IMG/VR virus record: IMGVR_UViG_3300028591_000145
DNA from: an uncultured virus (IMG/VR IMGVR_UViG_3300028591_000145)
Lineage: Duplodnaviria > Heunggongvirae > Uroviricota > Caudoviricetes
Reading direction: 5' to 3' (one strand)
Length of the DNA stretch: 64,000 nucleotides
Shown one piece after another: positions 11,461 through 20,557 of the stretch (the stretch's first letter is position 1; each line of letters begins with the position of its first letter). Both the position numbers and the translations under genes were made by a program. The notes beneath the pieces were generated by a model. That model worked only from the letters and a program-made list of their open reading frames with translations. It did no database searches and was not told where the DNA came from.

Positions 11461-12270
11461 TTATCTGAACGGAAGACATTCATCATCCGCACCAGTTGCG
11501 CCATTTGTTTGTCCATAGTTAATGTCTAAGAAATCATCATAGCCTGTGTTGAAGAATGTGCTGCCATACATGATGTATTGCATGTCAGTTCCTCTTGAAG
11601 CATCTTTAAACCTGTTTATGCATCTGACAAATTGTTCCTCTCCAACATTGTCATATATATTTTCTCTTGCTTTATATTTGACAAAAGCCTTCCCCATTTT
11701 TCTTGGATATAACTGCCATAGTCTTTCAAACATCTCATCAACACGTTTCCTTTTCTCTGTCGCAGAAATCGGAACAACATCGTCATGTTCTCTCTCTGAA
11801 TCGCTAAAATTATTATCTGTTATATTGTTATCTGTTATAACATATGGTATAGGTTTCTGATTTTCGTGTTTTCCATTTTGGATTTCTTGACTTTCCATTT
11901 CTGATTTTAAGAAATGGATTTCTTCTTTTTTGATATCGTCAAAATGATTTTCTACAACCAGAAATCCTTTCTCTGTCAGGGCATACCATTTAGTCCTATC
12001 GAAGCTAGTCCTGTTGTAATTTCCTTCAACAATCAATTCTTCATCCTTCAGTTTCTTTAATGCACCTGCAATCTGATTCTTTGAAAGATATGGATACATT
12101 TCTTCAAATGCTTTTATGCTATTGTATGTCCAATGCATTCCATCATAGAAATGTTTCTCATTAGCGATGTTTTTCTTCACCCAGAAATATATGTCTTTCA
12201 AGATGATTGCGCAATTTATTCCGTACTTTTCCGCAATCTTTACATCAAACGAATGTTCCAACTTAACCAC
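11461..12270 (-). CDS. Phage replication initiator / replisome organiser
   Basis: N-terminal winged-helix pattern (W.YNS..AF...YPYLS...I...L.KL, DRTKWY); C-terminal FERLWQLYPRK.GK and STFFN. Confidence 0.8.
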   Translation of the reverse strand: MVKLEHSFDVKIAEKYGINCAIILKDIYFWVKKNIANEKHFYDGMHWTYNSIKAFEEMYPYLSKNQIAGALKKLKDEELIVEGNYNRTSFDRTKWYALTEKGFLVVENHFDDIKKEEIHFLKSEMESQEIQNGKHENQKPIPYVITDNNITDNNFSDSEREHDDVVPISATEKRKRVDEMFERLWQLYPRKMGKAFVKYKARENIYDNVGEEQFVRCINRFKDASRGTDMQYIMYGSTFFNTGYDDFLDINYGQTNGATGADDECLPFR

Positions 12271-12457
12271 CTCTTTCCAGTTGATCTAATACTGATTCAA
12301 TTTTGATTCTGCGTTCATCTGTTTTTGGCATTTCTTTCCGCATCCACTTAGTAAAAGTAATATCTGAAACACCTACCATATCCGCAATCTGCCAGTTAAA
12401 ATATCCTAAATCAGATATTCTATCGCGGATATCTTTGTTAGCATCATTTGTTCTCAT
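12263..12457 (-). CDS. Small HTH DNA-binding protein
   Basis: WQIADMVGVSDITFTKWMR. Confidence 0.7.
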   Translation of the reverse strand: MRTNDANKDIRDRISDLGYFNWQIADMVGVSDITFTKWMRKEMPKTDERRIKIESVLDQLERGG

Positions 12458-12485
12458 TTGTTACTCCTATTCTTATTCTTAAACA

Positions 12486-12518
12486 ATTATAATCCATTTG
12501 AATCGGACAAATCGGACA
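12486..12518 (-). promoter_or_regulatory. Putative activator-dependent promoter of the replication genes
   Basis: Minus strand (TGTCCGATT)x2 followed by TATAAT; no canonical -35. Confidence 0.5.
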
Positions 12519-12522
12519 TGTT

Positions 12523-13116
12523 TTATTGTGTTAACAATTCAACTATTTTCTTCCCGGCATCTTTACTAGAGCAGAATACAAACTCGCATCCGTACTTTTC
12601 CTGAATAGTGAAACAACATTTCGCCAACACGATACCTTTCGTTGCTTTCGGATATTTCTGCTTTCCTCTCTGGAAAATCCATAGTCGCGGATTTACCCAT
12701 TTATGCAAGTCTTTAAGGTTTGTGATTGTTTTATTTGAAATTATTGTTCCGTTTTTCGCATAAACAAGTTCATCATCATTTCGCACAAGGATAAACAACT
12801 TTATTCCGTTATTCTGCGCTAACTTTAATTCATCCCTAAACCTGTCATGTGATTTGCCACATACATCTCCGACAAGTTCCTGTATAGAATATTTTTCATC
12901 CACGGCAACTGTATATGTTCCGAGCAAGTCCATCATCTTGACTGGAATGCCCCTTGCTTCTTTCCGAGAAAAAACATCATCTGTCTTTTCATTCGCCAGA
13001 ATGTAATCACCTACAGGAAGTCTTGTGCGGATAACATCTATACCTTGCTGCGCGAAATACTTATTCACAGCTTCGTGTTTCCCGACTTTCTGGTTCGTGT
13101 CCTCTATGATTGTCAT
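12523..13116 (-). CDS. ERCC4/XPF-like nuclease
   Basis: IIEDT..K, LPVGDY, VDEK.S..EL. Confidence 0.75.
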   Translation of the reverse strand: MTIIEDTNQKVGKHEAVNKYFAQQGIDVIRTRLPVGDYILANEKTDDVFSRKEARGIPVKMMDLLGTYTVAVDEKYSIQELVGDVCGKSHDRFRDELKLAQNNGIKLFILVRNDDELVYAKNGTIISNKTITNLKDLHKWVNPRLWIFQRGKQKYPKATKGIVLAKCCFTIQEKYGCEFVFCSSKDAGKKIVELLTQ

Positions 13117-13125
13117 TCTTAATCC

Positions 13126-13512
13126 TCATTTTTTCTTTTTCTTCGGCGTACATTTTTCTATTAGACATTCTGTTCGTTTTTCATTCCTGTGCTTATTTGA
13201 TGAAAGCGGCGATTCTGTCATTTTGACAATCTTTTTGATTTTAGTATTCGAGCCAAGCAGATACTTAGCCAATGCAGCCGTGAAAGCAAAGTATTCATTG
13301 TAAGTTTCACCTTCCCTCAGTTTGACTTTTGTTTTATCGCCGTTTTTCCAGATCACAATGGTTTCATCCGTCTTCCAGTTATGAATGATGTGTTGCGGTA
13401 CATACATATCAGACACGATCTTTTTTAATAACTCTTTAAGTCTTTCCTGCTGTTCTGCAATAATTTTTTCTAAGTTTTCCCTATCCATTTTTACCCTCAT
13501 TGTTAAATGCAT
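13126..13512 (-). CDS. Hypothetical phage protein
   Basis: TIVIWKNGDKTKVK motif, common in phage proteins. Confidence 0.6.
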   Translation of the reverse strand: MHLTMRVKMDRENLEKIIAEQQERLKELLKKIVSDMYVPQHIIHNWKTDETIVIWKNGDKTKVKLREGETYNEYFAFTAALAKYLLGSNTKIKKIVKMTESPLSSNKHRNEKRTECLIEKCTPKKKKK

Positions 13513-13572
13513 GATTTTCGACTCAATTTAATCGTTTAAGTAACTTACCCTTACAACTGTCCACATATGGTG

Positions 13573-14055
13573 CTAATCTTCAAAATCGGGGTCACTTTCC
13601 TTATCCGTGTCAATAGTTTTCAACCTTCTAGCATTACGCAGTATCTCAGACATTTGTACTTTACGTTCTTCCGACATTTCATGGCCTTTAATGATATTGA
13701 CTTTTATTGCTTTCACTGGAACTGCACCCAGGATGACATTTTCGTTATCTTCGAAGATTTCTACATCATCTGGGTATCTTTCTTTCATTTTTCGTAACTT
13801 AGATGCGAATCTACTGCCCTGTAAAAAATTCACGGTTGCAAATTCATCACCGCGCAACCAGTAAATACAGTTCTCGCGCAGATCATCCGCATTCGTATTA
13901 TTGAGAATTGATGATACCAGTTCGAACTTAGTCATACATATTTCCTCTCTAGCAACTGTTGCTTGCGCTTCTTTGAATTCTTCTTTCTCTGCCGCCTGTC
14001 TTCCCAATATTGGCAATCCAATTTCAACAACCTTGGACAGTTCCGCTCTAAACAT
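13573..14055 (-). CDS. Hypothetical phage protein (true start probably ~13935)
   Basis: ENCIYWL.G..ATV motif; GGA RBS before the internal MTKFEL. Confidence 0.6.
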   Translation of the reverse strand: MFRAELSKVVEIGLPILGRQAAEKEEFKEAQATVAREEICMTKFELVSSILNNTNADDLRENCIYWLRGDEFATVNFLQGSRFASKLRKMKERYPDDVEIFEDNENVILGAVPVKAIKVNIIKGHEMSEERKVQMSEILRNARRLKTIDTDKESDPDFED

Positions 14056-14177
14056 CTATGTGTCCGTATTAAACCGGGTGTAAGATACCCTCTATGAGCA
14101 GCAAAGGTGCAATACGCTACAGGCTGTTTAACTGGATTGCCGTCTATCAGTATGAGATATTCAGATTTTTCGCACAC
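13932..14177 (-). CDS. Small Cys/His-containing basic protein
   Basis: AYC...HRGYLT.....H.CL...C. Confidence 0.55.
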   Translation of the reverse strand: MCEKSEYLILIDGNPVKQPVAYCTFAAHRGYLTPGLIRTHRCLERNCPRLLKLDCQYWEDRRQRKKNSKKRKQQLLERKYV

Positions 14178-14185
14178 TGTTCACT

Positions 14186-14644
14186 TCACGAGAACGGAAG
14201 TTCCGTTTCCGTGATTGAATCCGGAATAGAAACGAAATCTTCAACAACACTCTTCGGCGGCTGAGAAGTTGCTGTGGATGTGGGCTGTGCTTTTGCCTGT
14301 GTCTGTGAACCATTTTCCTGTGCTGCTTTCTTTGATTCAGCAAAACCGATATTGTTAGCATAGATTACGGTGCTTATACGCTTGTTACCTTCTTTATCCG
14401 TCCAACTGTCGTTTTGTATGCGGCCTGAAATTTCAATTTTTACGCCTTTTGTTAAATACTTCTCAGCAAATTCAGCAGTTGAATTGAAGCAAGTGACATT
14501 GAAGAAATCAGCATCATACTGCCCGTTCTCGTTTTTTATGCTTCTCTGTACTGCGATTGGAAAATTAGCTACAGGCTTACCATTCGCTGTATATCTAACC
14601 GTTACATCCTGCGACAATCTTCCTGTGATACAAATTACATTCAT
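14186..14644 (-). CDS. ssb: Single-stranded DNA-binding protein
   Basis: OB fold MNVICITGRL, acidic C-terminal ELPF. Confidence 0.95.
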   Translation of the reverse strand: MNVICITGRLSQDVTVRYTANGKPVANFPIAVQRSIKNENGQYDADFFNVTCFNSTAEFAEKYLTKGVKIEISGRIQNDSWTDKEGNKRISTVIYANNIGFAESKKAAQENGSQTQAKAQPTSTATSQPPKSVVEDFVSIPDSITETELPFS

Positions 14645-14658
14645 GCTATATATCCTTT

Positions 14659-15375
14659 CTATAACTCTATTGTTTTAGCATTTTCAGCTATTGTTACCAT
14701 TACATCGTTTTCGACTATTTCTTTGATTTCTTTTTCTATCTTATCTGGATCAGCGTATATATTTGACAAGTGACAAGCTATGACCGACTTGCAATCTTTT
14801 GTCGCGGAAACTCTTAAAAAGTCTTTCACGACTTCCAGACTTGAATGTCCTCTAAGTCTATGTTCCCTAGCATTTGCTTCTTCCGGGATTTCTTCTGAAT
14901 GATTAACTGCTATCAGGAAATAGTTTATTCCGTATGCAGATAAGTCATATGGGCAATATTCGAAGTCAGTCATATACAGAAGTTTTTCACCGTTATCAAA
15001 TGTAATCATGTATGCTACATTCATCACATCTTCATGTGGTACTTTAAATGTAATTACTCTGTATCCACCTGCGATACGATAGGGCATACGTTCTGATAAA
15101 GTACGGATATGTTTTCTGGTTTCGTCATAATAGATTTGTGCTGTATCCCAATTAGAATAAACCGGGATACCTCTATTGATGAAACTATGAGCATATTTGA
15201 TATGATCTCCGTGGCAATGACTTACTAAACAAGCATCTATCTTGTTTACCTGAAATTCACAAGCAATTTCTACCTTCTTCCACGGCACTCCTGCATCAAG
15301 TGCTAAATAGTGATCTCCGTTTTGAATCAGATAGCAATTACCTTTACTGGTGCTACCCACAACTTTAAGTTTCAT
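14659..15375 (-). CDS. Metallo-beta-lactamase-fold hydrolase (probable recombination exonuclease)
   Basis: GSTSKGN, SHCHGDH, HED, TD, HLS. Confidence 0.88.
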   Translation of the reverse strand: MKLKVVGSTSKGNCYLIQNGDHYLALDAGVPWKKVEIACEFQVNKIDACLVSHCHGDHIKYAHSFINRGIPVYSNWDTAQIYYDETRKHIRTLSERMPYRIAGGYRVITFKVPHEDVMNVAYMITFDNGEKLLYMTDFEYCPYDLSAYGINYFLIAVNHSEEIPEEANAREHRLRGHSSLEVVKDFLRVSATKDCKSVIACHLSNIYADPDKIEKEIKEIVENDVMVTIAENAKTIEL

Positions 15376-15781
15376 TTACTGTCTCCGTGAAAAAATTCCA
15401 CATATTCACCGTATATCTTTTCTCACTGATAAGTTTTCTATCAACTTCAATCTGCTTTTGTGGTTTATCGCATTTGAAACTCTCACAGATATATGGTTTA
15501 AATCCTGTGTCATAAAGAATACATTTCCGGGCAACATTATCTCGAAATGGGCAAGTCAAATCATATATTGGTGTATCTGTAGTTGGTATTCCTGTTGTAT
15601 GATCGCAAGGTTTTATCTTTTTCTTACGGACATATCGTTCTATATCACGTATCTCTTTTCTTGATAAAGGCAGTAGTGCGGAACAACAATTTCCGCACCC
15701 TGTACAATTACCATCTTTGTCAGTGTAATTGTAAACACCGTTCTTCATATTATTGATAACTTCATCTAATGTTCCTACCAT
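15365..15781 (-). CDS. YkgJ-like cysteine-cluster protein
   Basis: CTGCGNCC...CPF......C..Y...P..C. Confidence 0.75.
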   Translation of the reverse strand: MVGTLDEVINNMKNGVYNYTDKDGNCTGCGNCCSALLPLSRKEIRDIERYVRKKKIKPCDHTTGIPTTDTPIYDLTCPFRDNVARKCILYDTGFKPYICESFKCDKPQKQIEVDRKLISEKRYTVNMWNFFTETVNET

Positions 15782-15782
15782 G

Positions 15783-15953
15783 TCATTCTTTCCTTATCTC
15801 AATCCGGTCAAACTCATCTTCCCTGATTAGTGTACGGAAATGTTCTGAACCATTTACACCTACAAAATTACCTTTAACATCAATGGAATAGATATTGTCA
15901 AAAGTGAATGACCGATTCAGTTCGTCATTTATGAACGTCACACTTAGCAACAT
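15783..15953 (-). CDS. Small hypothetical protein (56 aa)
   Basis: Read by hand: MLLSVTFINDELNRSF...; start overlaps the recT stop. Confidence 0.5.
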   Translation of the reverse strand: MLLSVTFINDELNRSFTFDNIYSIDVKGNFVGVNGSEHFRTLIREDEFDRIEIRKE

Positions 15954-16816
15954 CACGCTTCTACCTCGCCTGTCTCGATATCGACCATAAGTGTTTCTTT
16001 GTTGGCATTTTCTGCGATTTCTTCTTTTGCCAGTTCAAGCGGATCATCTGCCTGATTATCAACATATCTAACTTCACCTGATTCATTCAGAATACCCATA
16101 TCTGATTCATATGCCCTCTGAAGATCAATAGACATGACACCCCATTTAGATATAAGCTGACGAATAAGTGTCTTAGATGCCATTGCATCAAAATCTTTCG
16201 ACCAGAATGTATACGAAGTTCCTTTTTGAACATCACTCCGATAACCAAGGCTATACTTCTTTGCATGTTCTTCCATTCTGGTTTTAGGCCAGTAAATTTC
16301 TTTACGAAAACCATTCACAAGTTCGAACATTGCATAGTAACCAGTTGTTGGAAGAGTTGATCTTAACTTTTCATCCATAATCGGCTCAAAGATGATTTCT
16401 TCCGTAATTGGATTGTATGATTTCAACTCACCTTCTTTTACTGTTGAAGTAACAATCCTCTTATACTGCCCTGAACGTATTGCAAGCTGAATGTAGCCGC
16501 GACTTCCAATTTGAAATTGTGCTTCAGAAACACCTGATCTTCGATCTTTGTAAGGCACAAGATAAAATTGACCTAGCTGCGGAGAGGGTGATAAATTAAG
16601 AGACTGCCCAAGTAAAGCCGCTGAGAAAATTGAACTGTTTGTACATTCTGAAAGCATTTTATTTGACTGAACCGCTGATACTATACTAGAAATGAACTGT
16701 GTCGTGTTTTTCTCACCAACGACATTAGCAATGTTTGCTCTAACTGCGGGATTTGCACAAAATGTAGCAAAACCGACTTTATGCTGACCTGAATTTGCAA
16801 GTGATGTATTTGCCAT
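15953..16816 (-). CDS. recT: RecT-family single-strand annealing recombinase
   Basis: LSPSPQLGQFYLVPY, AQFQIGSRGYIQLAIRSGQY, FDAMASKT. Confidence 0.93.
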   Translation of the reverse strand: MANTSLANSGQHKVGFATFCANPAVRANIANVVGEKNTTQFISSIVSAVQSNKMLSECTNSSIFSAALLGQSLNLSPSPQLGQFYLVPYKDRRSGVSEAQFQIGSRGYIQLAIRSGQYKRIVTSTVKEGELKSYNPITEEIIFEPIMDEKLRSTLPTTGYYAMFELVNGFRKEIYWPKTRMEEHAKKYSLGYRSDVQKGTSYTFWSKDFDAMASKTLIRQLISKWGVMSIDLQRAYESDMGILNESGEVRYVDNQADDPLELAKEEIAENANKETLMVDIETGEVEA

Positions 16817-16827
16817 ATCTAATCTCC

Positions 16828-16983
16828 TTATCTTACCTTTGATTCCGTGATTGAAAGTATCTCAGCATCTTCAGACTTCTTTTCCGCAAACAATCTCCTG
16901 ATTGCTGCCGGGATTGAATCTACTGGATAACTTCTCTTATAGGTGTGTGAGTTACGCAAATCCTTGTAAGTAATTGTAATCAT
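16828..16983 (-). CDS. Small hypothetical protein (51 aa)
   Basis: Read by hand: AGGAG RBS, MITITYKDLRNSHTYKR... Confidence 0.55.
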   Translation of the reverse strand: MITITYKDLRNSHTYKRSYPVDSIPAAIRRLFAEKKSEDAEILSITESKVR

Positions 16984-17012
16984 ATTCCTACTCCTTTTTT
17001 TATATAAATAAC

Positions 17013-17810
17013 GGTTGGCGGCACAATTCGCACTTTAATCGCACATACACGAACCAACCTTCAATATTGTGGTGAAACGGTATTCTCCGTTTTGGGTAGC
17101 TAAGTTAACATCGCTACACACCACATTATGGATACTCCTACACCGATGCATCGTTTAATATCCCCAGATCGTCGGCTCTCACCTGCTCCAGTCGATAAAT
17201 GTAGTTTCTCCATAAAAACCGGAACGGCAGGATTCGAACCTGCATCTCTTTTCGCTAAGTGTTTTGCCATAGGATTTACTTTTTAGCACCTACTTAAACT
17301 ACATTCCGAAATAACTGGCGGCAATCGTGGCCTTTGATCGCACTTTAATCGCTCATTAACGAACCAGTGTTGTTCATTACTTATTCAACATTGGATAATT
17401 ACGTAATGTATTTTTTTATTAACAGTATCTTTAAAAATCACCTACGCCAGAAAAAGTAAATCTCTTACATTTGTTGTATCAGGGAAGGTATCTAAATGGC
17501 ATCTGACGTAGGTGTATATAAACGTCCGGTTATGGATTTTGGGGTTGTGTGTTGAGTGCAGTCTACAGAAACAATTAGTTACTATCACAACCGGGCGATT
17601 ATACCTATATAATATGGACGCTTGAATCTGTTTCTGGATTTCTGCCTTAACAGCAACGCCCTTGACCAGAATAAAGGAATGTATTTCTTCAAGAACCGGG
17701 TATCAGTTACCTTTTATCCCGTCCATATTTTCATAGCAGGTGGGGCGGCGTTTCCCACATCTCAGATACGTTTTCCAACGTGTGATAGGAGCCTTTCTAT
17801 CCTCTGCCTG
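17013..17810 (-). ncRNA. Array of stem-closed structured RNA modules
   Basis: No credible minus-strand ORF; about nine segments each closed by an inverted repeat and separated by A/T spacers; strand inferred from the embedded tRNA-like module and the operon. Confidence 0.6.
17219..17308 (-). ncRNA. tRNA-like RNA with enlarged D-loop and degenerate anticodon arm
   Basis: Acceptor CGGAATG/CGTTCCG, T-arm GCAGG-TTCGAAT-CCTGC, D-stem GTTT/AAAC. Confidence 0.65.
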
Positions 17811-17818
17811 ATATACTT

Positions 17819-19732
17819 TTATTCAACAGATAATTGACTATCATTTGTTACTTTCAATAGAATTAACTGACTATCAATATTCGGTTGATTATCACCGCTT
17901 AAACATTCGGCGTTATCAATCCAAATAGGAACCGTAGTCTGGTAATATTCATGAAGAGTTCTAATGATATTTAGTCCAACTGTAATCCGATGACCTGAGT
18001 TAAGTGAACTGTAAGGAACACCACCAAAAGTGATTTCGCAACATTCTCTCAGACCACCATTAACCTGATTTTCGAACAACTTAAATGTTAGTCCATCGAA
18101 TTTATCATTGATTCTCTTTGAAATCGCCCTGACATAATTCTCCACCGCATATAGGACTTTTTCACAGTCTGCGATTCGCTGTGATGTTCCGCGCAATTCA
18201 TCCTGTAACTGCTGTATGCGTTTTTCACATTCTGTGTTTTGAACATTCACAAGCAGTTCTTTCTCTATCGCGGAAAGTCTGTATTTCCATTCATTTATCT
18301 GTTGCTGAAGTCGTTCTATGTCGATCCGTACTCTCGCCAAATCAATCTTTTGTGATTCGAGTTCAGCAATCTGCTTGTCGATTTCCTGACATTCAGGTAT
18401 GTCGGACATCTTTGGAACGATTTCTTCACCTGTGAACTCAGCTTCGTTTGCAGCTACTTCGTATTTGATTTTTGCTTTATCTGACTTATCTTTCTGCTTT
18501 TCAAGCAGTTCTTTCTTTTCGCGCAGTTTAATTTCTTTGTTCTTTATATCTATGGCATGTTTATTCCCAGAAATACGCAGGTTATTTATAAGTGCATCCT
18601 GTTCAGACTGCCATTTCTCTTTGAGAGACTGAATCTGCTCTTCAGGAAGAAACTGACCGCAGGTTGGACATTTTGTTTTACCGTCCGGGAACTGCTGTTC
18701 CTTTAACTTGTTGTACGATTCCAGTTCTTCAGCAAGCGTTTTCTTCTGCCTTTCGATTTCCGATTCAAGCACTTCAACTTCCTGAGACAGTTGTGTGTAT
18801 CTTTTCTTTTCGTTCTGGTACTCAGTCTCAAGTTTATCTGAAATACTTTTGCGTTTTGTCAGATCACTGCACATTTCATTTCTTACTCTGTCGGCAATCG
18901 CAAGCTGTTCAGACTTCAAATGAAAAATTTCTGATTCGATGCTGTTATTGTTCTTCTGCGACAGTTCGTGAACCTGTGCTTCTAACTGTTGTATCGTGCT
19001 TTTAACTTCTGCTTTTTCTGCTTCAAGTGCAGGTGTATCAACTTCCTTTATCTGCTTAGAAACTTCATCTATCCGGGTCTGGATTTCGTCTGGAAGTTTC
19101 CGCAAATCATTTCTGCTTTTCACCCATTTTTTGCGGATATCATCAATCGAAGCGATTGCGAGTTCGTCTTTAATCAAATCAAAATATTCAACTTCGCTTT
19201 CTAAGTCGCTTGTATCCAAATTCCCTATCAATGAGAACAAGAGTTTTCTTTGATCCTTCCAATCCATCTGAGGGAAGGTGTAAGGACTGGTAAGAATCTT
19301 GAAGATGTTTTCATCGACCATATCAGCGATGAATGACGCATATTCTTTTGCGCTTTTTGGAAAAGAATTGATTTCAAACTCGTTAACGTTCCCAGAAAAC
19401 TCTCTTGTTTCTTCACCTCTGCGTTTTACCCAACGCTCTTTCTGCGTTTTCTTTAATACATATTCCACACCGTCAACAGATATGGTTCCTGTAACGGATA
19501 TATCAGTATTATGTACCGGGTTTCCATCTGCATCTAATTTACGAATACAGAATTTCGTACTTCCTGCTCCATCTTTATCAAACAAGAGCCAACTCCATGC
19601 ATCATATATAGATGACTTCCCGGAACCGTTTTTACCTAAGATATTCGTAATCGTGTCATTAAAATCTATTGCCACGCTTGACAATCCTTTGAAGTTCTCA
19701 ACCTGTAAATTCAGCAACTTTATGATTTTCAT
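17819..19732 (-). CDS. SbcC/Rad50-like coiled-coil ATPase
   Basis: GKNGSGKS Walker A, central CPTC zinc hook, IWIDNAE Walker B. Confidence 0.88.
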   Translation of the reverse strand: MKIIKLLNLQVENFKGLSSVAIDFNDTITNILGKNGSGKSSIYDAWSWLLFDKDGAGSTKFCIRKLDADGNPVHNTDISVTGTISVDGVEYVLKKTQKERWVKRRGEETREFSGNVNEFEINSFPKSAKEYASFIADMVDENIFKILTSPYTFPQMDWKDQRKLLFSLIGNLDTSDLESEVEYFDLIKDELAIASIDDIRKKWVKSRNDLRKLPDEIQTRIDEVSKQIKEVDTPALEAEKAEVKSTIQQLEAQVHELSQKNNNSIESEIFHLKSEQLAIADRVRNEMCSDLTKRKSISDKLETEYQNEKKRYTQLSQEVEVLESEIERQKKTLAEELESYNKLKEQQFPDGKTKCPTCGQFLPEEQIQSLKEKWQSEQDALINNLRISGNKHAIDIKNKEIKLREKKELLEKQKDKSDKAKIKYEVAANEAEFTGEEIVPKMSDIPECQEIDKQIAELESQKIDLARVRIDIERLQQQINEWKYRLSAIEKELLVNVQNTECEKRIQQLQDELRGTSQRIADCEKVLYAVENYVRAISKRINDKFDGLTFKLFENQVNGGLRECCEITFGGVPYSSLNSGHRITVGLNIIRTLHEYYQTTVPIWIDNAECLSGDNQPNIDSQLILLKVTNDSQLSVE

Positions 19733-19974
19733 TTCTCATCCCCATAATCTTTCACGATTTCTTTCACAACCCTTGTTTTATCTTCATCACTTAATGAATA
19801 GATATTTGATACTCTATAAATCGCTTCAAGTAGTGCTACACATTTCGCTGAAAGTGTGATATAATCCTCTATAGCCTTATTTACCTGAGCGTCTGACAAT
19901 ATCGGTGCTGCCACACCAATGTCAGGCGTTTTTTTATGTTCTGCGCTCAATTCACCGTTCTTATATATCGCCAT
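19729..19974 (-). CDS. Hypothetical protein
   Basis: ORF overlapping both neighbours. Confidence 0.55.
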   Translation of the reverse strand: MAIYKNGELSAEHKKTPDIGVAAPILSDAQVNKAIEDYITLSAKCVALLEAIYRVSNIYSLSDEDKTRVVKEIVKDYGDEK

Positions 19975-20221
19975 AGTTTCCCTTTCTTTTTATAATGATT
20001 TCCAGATCAAGCGCATCCGCCATGCGCCGAATTTCTTCAAACCTCATCCGGTCGATATTCTTTAAAGAGTAACTTGTTGCTGCTCTCGTCTTTCCTAAGA
20101 AACCGCTCAATGTCTCATGCGACATGTGTTTTGCACCCAATCTGGAAAAGAAAATTTCTTCAAATCGCTTTGTCTGCTCATCATATCGAGCCTGTCTTCC
20201 AAGTGGTTTAACTTTCGGCAA
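19961..20221 (-). CDS. XRE-like HTH protein
   Basis: MSHETLSGFLGKTRAAT...EEIRRMADAL. Confidence 0.65.
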   Translation of the reverse strand: MPKVKPLGRQARYDEQTKRFEEIFFSRLGAKHMSHETLSGFLGKTRAATSYSLKNIDRMRFEEIRRMADALDLEIIIKRKGNYGDI

Positions 20222-20227
20222 GTCATA

Positions 20228-20557
20228 TCACCTCATCTCCCGGAACCTGTGAACCATATACACCGCAAGATATATACCCATCAGTATGTACATCACAGAC
20301 AAATCTTCAGGTACAACGCCAAGTAATCCATCCAAAATAAAAGCCAGAATTACGAACGCAATTATCGTTACCGCCGCTAATGTATCAAGTGCGTCTTCCA
20401 CGGTGATTCCCTTCAAAAATAACCTCACAGTTTCGATTTCAAACTTTATGAGCGTCTTTCCCTGCTCAATACGATCTCCCCTGTTCATATTTCCCCTCAA
20501 TCTATATCGTCCAAATCGTTTAATGACTGAATTTCTTCTTCTAATGCCATAGGGCAT
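20228..20557 (-). CDS. Small membrane protein (true start probably ~20488)
   Basis: Two hydrophobic segments; GAGGGG RBS before MNRGD. Confidence 0.55.
   Translation of the reverse strand: MPYGIRRRNSVIKRFGRYRLRGNMNRGDRIEQGKTLIKFEIETVRLFLKGITVEDALDTLAAVTIIAFVILAFILDGLLGVVPEDLSVMYILMGIYLAVYMVHRFREMR

Noticed and set aside
17314..17368. Pistol or hammerhead ribozyme call for the duplicated motif
   Set aside because: Superficial TCG-loop-CGA-TAAA similarity, but no pseudoknot partner for the loop and no CTGANGA/GAAA core
17013..17810. CRISPR array
   Set aside because: No regularly spaced identical repeats; only one motif is duplicated and no cas genes are present
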